A DNA stretch of 64,000 bases. It comes from Candidatus Latescibacterota bacterium (GTDB taxonomy: Bacteria > Latescibacterota > UBA2968 > UBA8231). The position numbers and the translations under genes are program-made. Shown here in pieces: positions 12,538-22,348 of this stretch. The first letter of the stretch is position 1; each line of letters opens with the position of its first letter. Where the stretch lies: contig OZ242214.1 of the NCBI GenBank assembly GCA_965206595.1, positions 5,600,001-5,664,000 on the forward strand, written 5' to 3'. Below the pieces are notes generated by a model. It saw only the letters and a list, made by a program, of their open reading frames with translations, was not told where the DNA came from and did not search any database.

Positions 12538-13575
12538 ATGTCCGAGCTACAGCAGAAAAAACGCAGGATTCCCTGGCACCGTACCCGCATCGACCGCCGG
12601 CTCCTCGCCGAGCTCAACCGCCGCAGCGACCTCCTCGGGTTCGCCCAGACCCTGGGCTACCTCGCCACCCTGACGGCGACGGGGGCCTTCGCCTGGTGGG
12701 TCTCCATCCACTTCTCCTGGTACTGGTTCGCCGCCGCGGTCTTCCTCCACGGAACCTGCTTCGCCTTCAGCGTCAACGGGTTTCACGAGCTCTGCCACAA
12801 CTCCGTCTTCCGCACGCGGTCCCTCAACGTCTTCTTCCTTCACGTGCTCAGCTTCAGCGGCTGGCACAACCCGGTGCTGTTCTGGGCAAGCCACTCCGAG
12901 CACCACAAGTACACCCTCTACCCCCCCGAGGACGGCGAGGTGGTGCTGCCGGTCGAGATGACCCTGAAGGGGTACCTGCGCGGCGCCTTCGTCGACTTCC
13001 GGGGCTTCCACCAGAAGATCAGGATGACGTTCCTGAGGGCCTTTTTCCACAGGCTCAACCCCGGCTGGCACACCGTGCTGTTTCCGCCGCAGAACGTCGA
13101 GGAACGCCGCCGCCTGTTTCGCTGGGACCGCGTCCTCATCTCCGGGCATGCCGCCATCGCCGCGGCCGCGCTCTGGCTGGGCTGGTGGCAGGTGCTGCCG
13201 CTCTTCACCTTCGCCACCTTGTCCGGCCGCTGGCTGTTCCTGCTGTGCAACACCAGCCAGCACGTGGGGCTCACCGACGAGGTGCCGGACTTCCGCCAGA
13301 ACTCGCGCACCTTCCACCTCAATCCGGTGGTGCGCTTCCTCTACTGGCACATGAACTACCACATCGAGCACCACATGTTCGCGGCGGTGCCCTGCTACCG
13401 GTTGGGCAGGCTGCACCGGGCGATCCGCCACGAGCTGCCCCACTGCCACAGGGGACTGGTGCCGATGTGGCGCGAGATCGCCGGGATACTGCGGCGCCAG
13501 AAGCGGGAGCCCGGCTTCCGGTTCATTCCCGAGCTGCCGGAGAATCCCGAGGCCTCCGCCGCGGCTGGCACCTGA
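12538..13575 (+). CDS. membrane fatty acid desaturase/MocD-like di-iron oxygenase
   Basis: His boxes HELCH, HSEHH, HIEHH; hydrophobic segments. Confidence 0.88.
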   Translation: MSELQQKKRRIPWHRTRIDRRLLAELNRRSDLLGFAQTLGYLATLTATGAFAWWVSIHFSWYWFAAAVFLHGTCFAFSVNGFHELCHNSVFRTRSLNVFFLHVLSFSGWHNPVLFWASHSEHHKYTLYPPEDGEVVLPVEMTLKGYLRGAFVDFRGFHQKIRMTFLRAFFHRLNPGWHTVLFPPQNVEERRRLFRWDRVLISGHAAIAAAALWLGWWQVLPLFTFATLSGRWLFLLCNTSQHVGLTDEVPDFRQNSRTFHLNPVVRFLYWHMNYHIEHHMFAAVPCYRLGRLHRAIRHELPHCHRGLVPMWREIAGILRRQKREPGFRFIPELPENPEASAAAGT

Positions 13576-13865
13576 GGCCGGGGCGGCAGAAGGTTTCGCC
13601 CCCGAACCTCCTCCAAAGCAGTTACCCTGTCGCCACCGGTTTTTTCAGGTCGGCGAGGCGGTTCATTCTGTTTTGGAGGACCCATCCAACCAGTCGAGGC
13701 GTATCCTGCACCTTGCGCGAACAGGGACAACCGGGAGCGGCCAGCGAGGTCCCTGCCTTCAGTCAATTCATCTGACGGTGGTGCTTCAAGCCGCGGTCTT
13801 CATGGCATGAAACCGCTCGTGCCTTGACCAGTCCCAAGTCATGACATGACATGCGGAACTGTCGA

Positions 13866-14870
13866 TCATCCCGGATCCCGCCAGGTCAGCACGATTCCGA
13901 GCGCCTTGTCCCGCTCCTCGCGCAGCAACCGGTAGGCTTTCTGCGCCTCGCCGCACGGCATGCGGTGGGTGGTCAGGCACTCGACGTCGAGCTCGCCGCG
14001 CGCAATCATCCTGAGGATCTGGCGGCGGTTGTACTGCTGGGTCCAGGGGAAGGCGGGGGTGGCCGTGGTCGGGCACTTGGGCTGATGGCAGCCCACCAGG
14101 GTGAGCTCCTTTTCGTGGAAGCTCATGAAGTCGATCTCGACGGTGCGGTGCCATATCGAGCCGAGCAGCACGATGCGCCCGCCGATGCGCGCCAGGTCGA
14201 AGGCCCCGGGCAGGACCTCCGGGTAGCCGGAAGCCTCGATGATCACGTCCAGGCCGCGGCCGCCGGTGATCGATTCCATCTCCGCCCGCAGGTCGACGCG
14301 CGCCGGATCGAGCAGGTGGGTCGCCCCTCGTGCCCCGGCGATCTCCAGGCGCTCGGGGACCGGATCGACGGCGGCGAGGAGCTCGCAGCCCGACCTCGCG
14401 GCCAGCTGCAGCGCCAGCTGTCCGACCAGCCCCATGCCGATCACAGCGGCGAACTCCCCCAGCTCGATGTTGGCCTTGCGGACCCCGTGCATGGAGACCG
14501 ATCCGAGAACCCCGAAGGTGCCCGCGTCGAAGGAGACGCCGTCCGGCAGCTTCGCCAGCGACTGCGGCGCCGCGCGCACCGTGACGTGGGAGGAATGGGA
14601 TCCGAGCGACAGAACGCCGTCCCCGACCTCGTACTCCTCCACCCCTTCGCCGAGGGCGGCGATCACCCCGGTGTTGGAGTAACCGGGTTTCAGGTCGTGC
14701 CCTCGCCGCTGCTCCTGGGAACCCAGCTCGGTGCCGGCGCTGATCAGGGTGCTGACTGTCTCGATCAGCACCTCGCCCCGTCCCGGCGGGCGTACCTCGA
14801 AGGCCTCGACGGCGACGCTGTTGTCGGGGCGGACGACCGCCCTGCGCCCCGTCGCCGGCAGCGGGCTCAT
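13866..14870 (-). CDS. medium-chain dehydrogenase/reductase (zinc-binding ADH family)
   Basis: LISAGTE, PGYS, GMGLVG Rossmann motif, DVIIEASG; canonical zinc Cys ligands not evident. Confidence 0.85.
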   Translation of the reverse strand: MSPLPATGRRAVVRPDNSVAVEAFEVRPPGRGEVLIETVSTLISAGTELGSQEQRRGHDLKPGYSNTGVIAALGEGVEEYEVGDGVLSLGSHSSHVTVRAAPQSLAKLPDGVSFDAGTFGVLGSVSMHGVRKANIELGEFAAVIGMGLVGQLALQLAARSGCELLAAVDPVPERLEIAGARGATHLLDPARVDLRAEMESITGGRGLDVIIEASGYPEVLPGAFDLARIGGRIVLLGSIWHRTVEIDFMSFHEKELTLVGCHQPKCPTTATPAFPWTQQYNRRQILRMIARGELDVECLTTHRMPCGEAQKAYRLLREERDKALGIVLTWRDPG

Positions 14871-15829
14871 CCGAGCGCCTGGTATGCTTCGTCAAGCCAG
14901 ACCACCATCTCGGCCGTGGCGTCGTTGCTCGGAGTCCCTCCCGTCCCGGTCATCGCCCACCAGCCGTCGGGGTGCTGCTGCTCGACGATGTGGCCTGCGG
15001 CCTTGAGCGCCATGTCGCGGTACAGGCTCTCCCGGGTCAGGGTCCACAGCACCGCCGCCGCCCACATGACCTTACCGGAACGCAGCAACCGGTAGAGGTT
15101 GTCGGTCGCGGTTTCCGCAAAGCGCATGTACTCCCTGGCCAAGGCGAGCCAGCGCCCCTCCCCGGTGGCCTGGTAGAGGCGGGCGAGAAAGCCGCCGGCG
15201 ATGCCCGGGTGGAAGAAGTACTGGTCCCCCTCGGCGGCGTTGACCAGGAGGTAGCGGATCGGGTCGGCGGGGTCGACGCCGGTCACCAGCCCCTCTGCGG
15301 GGGTCATGACCGTGTACAGCTCCTCCGGGTAGTTCGGCTGCTCCTCCATCATCCGCTGCATCCAGCCTCCGACGCCGCGGGCGACGTCGAGGCGGCCGGT
15401 GTAGAGAGCCGCCTGACCGCAGCCGCTGGTAACCCACAGGTCCTGCAGGGTGTGCGGCAGGCGCTCGGCCGGGTCGGAGTAGAAGCCGCCGCTGCCGTCG
15501 TGGAATCCCATCAGGAAGTCCATGCCCTTCTGCGCCAGGTCGAACTGGCCGAGCCGGGCGGCGCCGATGACGACCCAGGTGTTGAAGTAGGCGTAGTAGT
15601 AGCCGTCGGTGAATTCCGTTCTCGGGCCGAAGTCGCCTTCCGCGGTCATGCCGTTGCGGCGCACCCAGTCGAGGAGGCGGTTGGCGGCGTGCGTCTCGGC
15701 GCATGCCTGGAAGGCCGCCGGCACCTTGTAATACTCGGCGACGGTGCCGTCGCCGAAGCTGCCGTCTGCGTGCAGGTGCTGCAGCAGGTACTCGCAGCCT
15801 CTGTCCCGGGCGTGGCGCAAAGCCTTCAT
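14867..15829 (-). CDS. (alpha/alpha)-barrel protein with prenyltransferase/squalene-cyclase-like repeats, function unknown
   Basis: LHADGSFG, AEGDFG, SGGFY, QQHPDGWW repeats; no DxDD; ATGA overlap with the dehydrogenase gene. Confidence 0.6.
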   Translation of the reverse strand: MKALRHARDRGCEYLLQHLHADGSFGDGTVAEYYKVPAAFQACAETHAANRLLDWVRRNGMTAEGDFGPRTEFTDGYYYAYFNTWVVIGAARLGQFDLAQKGMDFLMGFHDGSGGFYSDPAERLPHTLQDLWVTSGCGQAALYTGRLDVARGVGGWMQRMMEEQPNYPEELYTVMTPAEGLVTGVDPADPIRYLLVNAAEGDQYFFHPGIAGGFLARLYQATGEGRWLALAREYMRFAETATDNLYRLLRSGKVMWAAAVLWTLTRESLYRDMALKAAGHIVEQQHPDGWWAMTGTGGTPSNDATAEMVVWLDEAYQALG

Positions 15830-15977
15830 CGCACGTTTTCCTTTCTGCCGCGTCGGCTCACGGCCCCATTTCGCAGGATTGACAATGCGGCCGGATCCGC
15901 GCTCCTGCAAAGCGCATACCGGACAAGCCCCGGGCATCGCGGCTCCAGGGAGAAGAGCCTTCGCCGCTCAGGGGTGG

Positions 15978-16646
15978 TCAGCTTGTCGGTGATGGCGGCC
16001 CATTTGTCCGGGTGCCCTCCTCGGCGTCTCCCACCCCGTAGGCGAGGATGATCGATCTTCTCGGCCTGTCCGTTCTGTTGATCATCGAGGTGTGCCAGCC
16101 GTAGGTGTTGAACAGGATCGCGGTGCCGGCCGGGCCGGGAAAAACCTTGTGGCCCGGCATGGTCTCCAACCCGCCGGTGAGTTCGTAGGGACCTGAACCC
16201 GGTTTGTGGCTGCCGGGAACGAACGCAAAAGGGCCTCCGTCGGCGGCTACGTCGTCGACGGAGATCTGGACCTTGATCTGCTGCGGCTGGTCGAACGGGA
16301 TGTCGGGGTGCCAGCCGACGTAACTGACCGGGCTCACGGGCAGGGTCCGAACCTGCGCCCCCTTGAAGACGAGGTCTTCCCCGAGAAGGTCGACGAGCAG
16401 GCCGAAATACCCTGGGTGGCGGGCGAGGCCGATGAAGGCATCGTCCTTCTCCAGCGGCCTGGGTATGTCGAAGAATCCACCTGGCTGCGTAGCGGCGGCC
16501 ACACCCTCCAACCACCCGGGCTTGGCCTCGGCGGCGCAGCGGTCGAACGCCGTTCGCAGCCGCTGCAGGTCGTCGCCCGCGTAGGCCCCCGCGACCACCA
16601 GGTACCCCTCTTGGTCCCATTGGTCCCGCTGCGCTTCCGTCAACAT
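15978..16646 (-). CDS. PhyH-family dioxygenase
   Basis: WDQEGYLV, WHPD, VPGSHK, WHTS..RRS. Confidence 0.88.
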   Translation of the reverse strand: MLTEAQRDQWDQEGYLVVAGAYAGDDLQRLRTAFDRCAAEAKPGWLEGVAAATQPGGFFDIPRPLEKDDAFIGLARHPGYFGLLVDLLGEDLVFKGAQVRTLPVSPVSYVGWHPDIPFDQPQQIKVQISVDDVAADGGPFAFVPGSHKPGSGPYELTGGLETMPGHKVFPGPAGTAILFNTYGWHTSMINRTDRPRRSIILAYGVGDAEEGTRTNGPPSPTS

Positions 16647-16678
16647 TTCTCACCTTCTCTCGTCGTGCATGGATGCGA

Positions 16679-17611
16679 TCACTGCCGTGGCAGGCCGGGA
16701 AACTTCAGAAGCCGCCCGGCCGTGCCTCCCATGATGCCGGACAGTTCCGCTTCCGACAACTCCGGCAGCAGTTCCCCGACGACGCGGACCACCCTGTCAT
16801 AGCCCGGATCTTCCGCGATCCAGGGAAAATCGGAGCCCCACATGAGGCGACCGGCTCCAAACCCCTGTTTCCTCCTTCTGGGAGCATGCAGGCGTTCGTG
16901 CCACTCCGTCAGGTCCCGGTAGGGCCACTCCTCGTTGCTGAAGGCGTACTGGCCGGACAGGAGCACGTTCGCGTTTCCGTACTGGTGCAGCCCCATGGTC
17001 GAGTACCGGGTCAGCGGGGGGAACTGGGAGAACAGGACGCGTGGCCGGCCCTTCTCGTCGGTGCCGGTGTTGCCCGCCCCCGGGCAGGCCAGCATGTGGT
17101 TGAAGACCACGCGAACGTCGGGAAACGCATCGATCAGGAAGGGAACCGTGTGGGCGTCGACTGCACGCGGGCAGAGCCAGAGAACGTAGTCCTTCTCGGC
17201 AGCGTGTTTCCAGATCGGGTAGGTGGCAAAGGTGCGGACGTCCATCGTCGCCAGTGGATCCGCCGGCCCCCCCAGTGACGACAACCGGAACCCGATCACG
17301 TCCCCGTCCGCCGCCAGCCGGTCCATGTGATCGTTCTGCTCCCGCGGCGAGACCTCGCCGGCCGGAATCAGCCCGATGCCGAGGAAGCGGCCCGGGTACC
17401 GCCGCAAACAGTGACGCAGGTAGGCGTGGTGTTCCAGCGCCCTGCCGCCGATCTGCACCAGCACCGCCCGATCCACCCGGCTTCCGGCCATCGCTTCCAG
17501 CAACTTCTCAACCGGCTCCTGGCGATCGGCGGGGAGTCTGTGCCCCGCCTGGCGCGGAAACTCCCGCGAGAGTCTGGCGAACACCTGCGCGTGGGCGTCT
17601 ATGCGGAGCAT
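16679..17611 (-). CDS. amidohydrolase_2 family protein (lactonase-like)
   Basis: IDAHAQVF, RAVLVQ, VVFNH, RLMWGSDFPW, GGTA. Confidence 0.85.
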   Translation of the reverse strand: MLRIDAHAQVFARLSREFPRQAGHRLPADRQEPVEKLLEAMAGSRVDRAVLVQIGGRALEHHAYLRHCLRRYPGRFLGIGLIPAGEVSPREQNDHMDRLAADGDVIGFRLSSLGGPADPLATMDVRTFATYPIWKHAAEKDYVLWLCPRAVDAHTVPFLIDAFPDVRVVFNHMLACPGAGNTGTDEKGRPRVLFSQFPPLTRYSTMGLHQYGNANVLLSGQYAFSNEEWPYRDLTEWHERLHAPRRRKQGFGAGRLMWGSDFPWIAEDPGYDRVVRVVGELLPELSEAELSGIMGGTAGRLLKFPGLPRQ

Positions 17612-17717
17612 GGTTCCAGATTGCAGGATAGCTGCGAAACGCGGAGGCCAGGGGCAGTCGCTGCGCCTCCGCCGGGGAAACCGGCCGCGTCGACCCCGGC
17701 CGGGAAGCGCGGAGCCT

Positions 17718-18725
17718 CTACCCCCCGGCGCTCGCCGGGAGCTCCGGGATGAACTGGTAACCCGGGTCCACACGCTGCCTTCTCAAGGTCGCAATGATCT
17801 CGCGGTAGGTCTCGATGAGGCCGCGCGGGCAATGGGGAAGTTCGTGGCGGATGAGCTCGTGCAGCTTTCCCAGGTTGTAACACGGCACCGCGGCATACAT
17901 GTGGTGCTCGATGTGGAAGTTCATGTGGTAGTAGAGAAAGCGCGTGAACGGGTTGAGGATGACGGTGCGCGTGCACAGGCGGTAGTCGGGGACGTCGTCC
18001 TGCAGCCCGGTGTGCTGGGTCTGGTTGCACAGGAAGCGCAGCCAGCCGCCGTAGAAGACCCCAAGGGTCGTCAGCACCGGAAGCAGCCAGAGCCCCGTGT
18101 AGATCGAGACCCCGGCGATGGCGGCATGTCCGGCGAGCAGCAGGCGCGCCCAGTTGCGAAGGCGGCGGTTCTTCTCCCTGTCTTCGCGGGGAAACAGGTG
18201 CTCCTCCCATTCCCCTTCCAGGCGCCCGATGCTGTGCATCAGGGTCTTCCTGAGGTTGAGGTAGAGGGTCCACGGATCGAAGAAGGTGATGCGCAGGAAC
18301 TCGAGGGCGGTCAGCTTTTTCGGCAGCACGACCTCGAGGTCGTCCGGCGGGTGCAGGGTGTACTTGTGGTGGGCGGAGTGGCTGGCCCAGAACAGGACGT
18401 GGTTGCGCCAGCCGAGGAAGCTGAACAGGCGCAGGAAGAACCCATTGAGGAACCTGCTTTTGAAGACGGTGTTGTGGGACAGCTCGTGGGTGGCGTTGAG
18501 CAGGAAGACGTAGAAGGTCCCGTAGGCGAAGAGGACCGGCAGCAGCAGGTACCAGGTTTCCTGCACGGACCAGGCCAGCGCCCCGGTCGCGGCGATCAGG
18601 CCGATGTGGGCCCCGACCTGCAGCAGCCCCTTCCAGTCGCTACGCTGGTTGAGGGCTCTCATGGTCTCGCGGTCGACCGGAGTCCGGTACCAACCGATCG
18701 TGCGGGTAGTGGCAGCCACCGTCAT
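17718..18725 (-). CDS. membrane fatty acid desaturase/MocD-like di-iron oxygenase (paralog of 12538-13575)
   Basis: His boxes HELSH, HSAHH, HIEHH; shared motifs with the other copy. Confidence 0.88.
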   Translation of the reverse strand: MTVAATTRTIGWYRTPVDRETMRALNQRSDWKGLLQVGAHIGLIAATGALAWSVQETWYLLLPVLFAYGTFYVFLLNATHELSHNTVFKSRFLNGFFLRLFSFLGWRNHVLFWASHSAHHKYTLHPPDDLEVVLPKKLTALEFLRITFFDPWTLYLNLRKTLMHSIGRLEGEWEEHLFPREDREKNRRLRNWARLLLAGHAAIAGVSIYTGLWLLPVLTTLGVFYGGWLRFLCNQTQHTGLQDDVPDYRLCTRTVILNPFTRFLYYHMNFHIEHHMYAAVPCYNLGKLHELIRHELPHCPRGLIETYREIIATLRRQRVDPGYQFIPELPASAGG

Positions 18726-18787
18726 GCGCAAGAAGATAACGCGCCCGGGTTCGAGGCACACCCCGGCACCGGAGTCTGCCGGGGGGA

Positions 18788-19867
18788 CTACTCCACTTCG
18801 GGTCCGATCCTCAGGGAGTGCGTTTTCACCAGGCAGAAGACCTCCTGCCCGGGGGCGATGCCGAGCTCGGCGACCGCCTCCGGAGTGACCTTGGCGGCCA
18901 GGCGGCGGCCCACGTCGACATAGACGAGGCGCGTGGCTCCGACGGCGCTGACCTCGGTCACCGTTCCCCGGAGGGCGTTGCGCACGCTCAACCCCTGGGG
19001 CCGGCCGCGGGCGAGAATGACGTCGTCGGCGCGCAGGCCGACGAAGAGGCGGGTTCCCGGCGGGCGGCCGCAATGCGGAATGCGCAGCAGCTGCCCGCCG
19101 CAGCGGGCGAGGCAGGCGTCTCCGGTGCCTTCTCCGGGGAGGATCTCGACGGGCAGCACGTTCTCAAAGCCGAACTCGTCGACGAGGCGGAGCACCCGGG
19201 GGTCGCAGGCGACGCGGAAGAAATCGCCGTGGGCGACGACGCGGCCGCTGTCGAGGACGATCACCTGGCCGGTCAGCTCGAGGATCTCCGCGGCGGAATG
19301 GCTGACGTAGAGGATGGGGATGCCGAGATCGGAGCGCACGTGGCGCAGGTAGGGGATGATGCGGCTCTTCAGTCCCCTGTCGAGCGAGGCCAGCGGTTCG
19401 TCCATCAGCAGCAGGCGCGGCGAGGACAACAGGGCGCGCCCCAGGGCGACGCGCTGGCGCTCCCCGCCGGACAGGGTGGCCGGGAGGCGGTCGAGGAGGG
19501 CGCCGATTTCCAGCAGCTCGCAGATTCGGTCCGGCTCGAAGCGGCGCTCTCCCTGGCGCAGCAAGTCGTACCCGAAGCGGAGGTTGTCGCCGGCGCTCAG
19601 GTGCGGGAACAGCAGGTCCTCCTGGAAGACGTACCCCAGCCGGCGCGCTTCGGGGGGCCTGTCGATCCCGGCGGCGTCATCGAACAGCACCTCTCCATCG
19701 AGCTCGATGCGGCCTGCGTCCGGTCGCATGAGCCCGGCCACCATGTTCAGGAGCGACGTCTTCCCCGCCCCGGAAGGGCCGTAGATGGCGGTCGCCGGGT
19801 AGCGGCATTCTACCTCGACCTCGAGGTCGAATGCGGCCAGCCCGCGGTTCAGGCGCAGGGACAGCAT
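18788..19867 (-). CDS. modC: molybdate ABC transporter ATP-binding protein
   Basis: GPSGAGKT, LSGGERQRVALGRALL, MDEPLASLD, C-terminal TOBE (SVRNAL). Confidence 0.93.
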   Translation of the reverse strand: MLSLRLNRGLAAFDLEVEVECRYPATAIYGPSGAGKTSLLNMVAGLMRPDAGRIELDGEVLFDDAAGIDRPPEARRLGYVFQEDLLFPHLSAGDNLRFGYDLLRQGERRFEPDRICELLEIGALLDRLPATLSGGERQRVALGRALLSSPRLLLMDEPLASLDRGLKSRIIPYLRHVRSDLGIPILYVSHSAAEILELTGQVIVLDSGRVVAHGDFFRVACDPRVLRLVDEFGFENVLPVEILPGEGTGDACLARCGGQLLRIPHCGRPPGTRLFVGLRADDVILARGRPQGLSVRNALRGTVTEVSAVGATRLVYVDVGRRLAAKVTPEAVAELGIAPGQEVFCLVKTHSLRIGPEVE

Positions 19868-19872
19868 CTCTC

Positions 19873-20547
19873 TCACCCTCGCCGGGCGCGCCGCGCCGCC
19901 CACTCGCTGGCCAGCAGCGCTCCCAGCGATACGGCGATGGAGATCCACACCAGGCGCATGGCCGGCCCTTCCCCCCCGGGCTGGTTGAGGTAGGTGTAAA
20001 TGGCGGACGGAATCGTCCGCGTCTGCCCGGCGATGTTGGCGGCGAAGGTGATGGTCGCCCCGAACTCCCCGAGGCTGCGGGCGAAGGCGAGCAGGGCGCC
20101 GACCCACAGTCCCGGCGCCGCCAGACGCAGGGTGACGGTGAAGAACACCCGCAACGGCCCGGCGCCGAGGGTGCGGGCGACTCCCTCCAGACGCGGCTCG
20201 ACGTTCTCGATGGCGAGGCGTACGGCGCGCAGCGCCAGCGGGAAGCCGACAACCGCCGAGGCCAGGGCCGCCCCCTTCCAGTCGAACGCCAGGCTCACCC
20301 CGGCGACTTCGAGCAGCGGCCCGAAGAGGCCGCGGCGGCCGAACAGCAGGAGAAGCAGGTACCCGGTCACCACCGGCGGCAGCACCAGGGGCAGGTGGCA
20401 GAGCCCGTCGACGAGCAGCTTGCCGCGGAAGTCGCGGCGCGCCAGCAGCCACCCGAGGGCGGTGGCCGGCGGCAGGGTCAGGGCGACGCAGGCGAGGGCG
20501 ACGCGCAGGGACAGCCCCAGGACCTGCAGTTCCTCCGGCTGGAGCAT
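19873..20547 (-). CDS. modB: molybdate ABC transporter permease
   Basis: LPLVLPPVVTGY, FARSLGEFGATITFAANI.G.T.TIP. Confidence 0.95.
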   Translation of the reverse strand: MLQPEELQVLGLSLRVALACVALTLPPATALGWLLARRDFRGKLLVDGLCHLPLVLPPVVTGYLLLLLFGRRGLFGPLLEVAGVSLAFDWKGAALASAVVGFPLALRAVRLAIENVEPRLEGVARTLGAGPLRVFFTVTLRLAAPGLWVGALLAFARSLGEFGATITFAANIAGQTRTIPSAIYTYLNQPGGEGPAMRLVWISIAVSLGALLASEWAARRARRG

Positions 20548-20552
20548 CGCCG

Positions 20553-21419
20553 TTACTCCGGGCGGGAGGTGACCCGCCGCGGCCGCGGCAGGACGGTGAA
20601 GCCGTGGTCCCGGAAGATCCGGGCCGCGGCCGGCGACAGCAGGCGGGCCATCGCGGCGCGCACCTGCGGGGAATCCCTGTCTGCGACGACGGCGGCCGGG
20701 TAGAGGATCGGGGCGTGCAGGCTGTCGGGGATCTCCGCGGCGACCTCGATGCGGTCGCTGGCCGCCGCGTCGGTGGCGTAGACGATGCCGGCGGAACAGG
20801 CGCCGCGCTCGACGAAGACCAGGGCCGCGCGCGCGTCGGGGGCCGGTACCAGCCGCGGCTCGAGCCGGGACCACCAGCCGAGCCGGACGAGGGCCTGCTT
20901 CGCGTACATCCCGGCCGGGACGTGGTCGGGGTCGCCGAGGGCCAGGCGGCCGGCGAAGCTGCCGGGGAAATCGAAATTCCCGGCGATCTCGACGTCGAGG
21001 CCGGATCCCGCCGGGGCGACGACGGCCAGGCGGTTGGCGAGCAGATCGACGCGGGTCGCCGTATCGATGCGGCCGCGCTGCTCGAGGAAATCCATCCAGG
21101 AGCTGTTGGCCGACAGGAACAGGTCGGCGGGAGCGCCGGCGTCGATCTGGCGCGCCAGCACGGAGGAAGCGGCGAAGGAGAGGCTGACTTCGGGTGAGCC
21201 CTCGTCCTCGAAGACTTCGCCCGCGGCTGCGGTCAGGCTCGCCGCGGCGAAGACGGTGACCTCGGCGGCGGCAGGGGAGAGGGAAGCCAGGACGGCAGCC
21301 ACCGCGAAGGAACCCCACCGGCCCGGTGCCGGCACCGCCTTTCCGATGCGCACGTCTGTCCCGGACCGGGGTCCGCCTGAACAGCCTGCCGGCTGCGCTC
21401 CCTCCCTCCGGAGTGGCAT
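20553..21419 (-). CDS. modA: molybdate ABC transporter substrate-binding protein (start uncertain: 21419 or 21353)
   Basis: VFAAASL, FAASSVLARQI..GAPADLFLSAN, GDPDHVPAG.YA, GIVYATDA. Confidence 0.93.
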   Translation of the reverse strand: MPLRREGAQPAGCSGGPRSGTDVRIGKAVPAPGRWGSFAVAAVLASLSPAAAEVTVFAAASLTAAAGEVFEDEGSPEVSLSFAASSVLARQIDAGAPADLFLSANSSWMDFLEQRGRIDTATRVDLLANRLAVVAPAGSGLDVEIAGNFDFPGSFAGRLALGDPDHVPAGMYAKQALVRLGWWSRLEPRLVPAPDARAALVFVERGACSAGIVYATDAAASDRIEVAAEIPDSLHAPILYPAAVVADRDSPQVRAAMARLLSPAAARIFRDHGFTVLPRPRRVTSRPE

Positions 21420-21624
21420 ATCAGCTCCTTTGATCCGGTTGTGGGGATGCCGTTGCAACCACCGGCTGGGCCGGGACTGCCTGTTCGACTAGAACAACGG
21501 CCGGTGTGCGTGGTAGAGTTAGATTGAAACACCCGCCCTGACAAGCCGGCCAGCGGTTCGAATGGCTTGCTCCGCAGCGCGCCCGCCGGGGAATCTCCTG
21601 ACATCGGTTCCATCCGCGTTCATA

Positions 21625-21658
21625 CTGTAGATCAGGTTTTCCTGTAGATCAGGTTTTC
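21625..21658. repeat. 17-bp perfect tandem duplication
   Basis: CTGTAGATCAGGTTTTC twice (21625-21641, 21642-21658). Confidence 0.9.
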
Positions 21659-22348
21659 GCCGTCACGATCTGACGAGAACGCGATTTCACGGCCGTTCGG
21701 ACCCCATGCCGGATTCCAATCCTTGCCTGAATAATCCGTCAGGCGGATTATCTCCCCGCTGACGACATTCACTACACAGATATTCAGGTAACCAAAGCGC
21801 CCGCTCTCGAAGGCGATCCGGGTTCCGTCCGGCGACCACGAAGCATGAGCGTCGAAATCGTCGTGATTGGTCAGGTTACGCAGGCGTCCTTCATGGTCCA
21901 CAAGATAAATCTCCGGATTGCCGTCCCGGTTTGTAGTGAAGGCCAGCGCCTCCCCGTCAGGAGACCAAGCAGGCAGGATTCCGTCAGGTACGATCAGCTT
22001 GGCATGTCCTTCGGGGTCCAGGTTGTAAATCTCAAATGACTCCCCTTGGCTTGCTGCGAAGGTGATCTCGCCGTTGGGATGCCAGGACAAACCTCCTGTA
22101 GCCGTCAGAGGTTGCGGTAGGGGTATGGTCTGCAACAGCTCTCCGGCAGGCGTTATGAGATGGAACAAACTCCCATCGGCAGTATGAAGGACATAGAAGA
22201 TGTACCGGCCATCCGGAGCCCATATCGGGGTAACCGCTCCGGAGTCAGATAACCGGCGAGCCTCACCGTCCTCAGAGCAGTATACGCTGCCGTCCAGATC
22301 GTGTGCACTGACCTGAGTGAGTAGTAGCAGAAGCGTGATGAAGGTCAC
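21632..22348 (-). CDS. secreted TolB-like PD40 beta-propeller protein, C-terminus cut by the 17-bp duplication
   Basis: PAWSPDG..LAFTTNRDGNPEIY, SWSPDGTRIAFES, PAWGPNG..IAFSSDRDG; GTG start overlaps the upstream TGA. Confidence 0.85.
   Translation of the reverse strand: MTFITLLLLLTQVSAHDLDGSVYCSEDGEARRLSDSGAVTPIWAPDGRYIFYVLHTADGSLFHLITPAGELLQTIPLPQPLTATGGLSWHPNGEITFAASQGESFEIYNLDPEGHAKLIVPDGILPAWSPDGEALAFTTNRDGNPEIYLVDHEGRLRNLTNHDDFDAHASWSPDGTRIAFESGRFGYLNICVVNVVSGEIIRLTDYSGKDWNPAWGPNGREIAFSSDRDGENLIYRKT

Noticed and set aside
14867-15829. Squalene-hopene cyclase call
   Set aside because: About half the expected length and lacks DxDD
21420-21560. Possible Moco/tungsten riboswitch or ModE box upstream of modA
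   Set aside because: Only AAAGGAG and a small hairpin are present; the conserved core elements were not found
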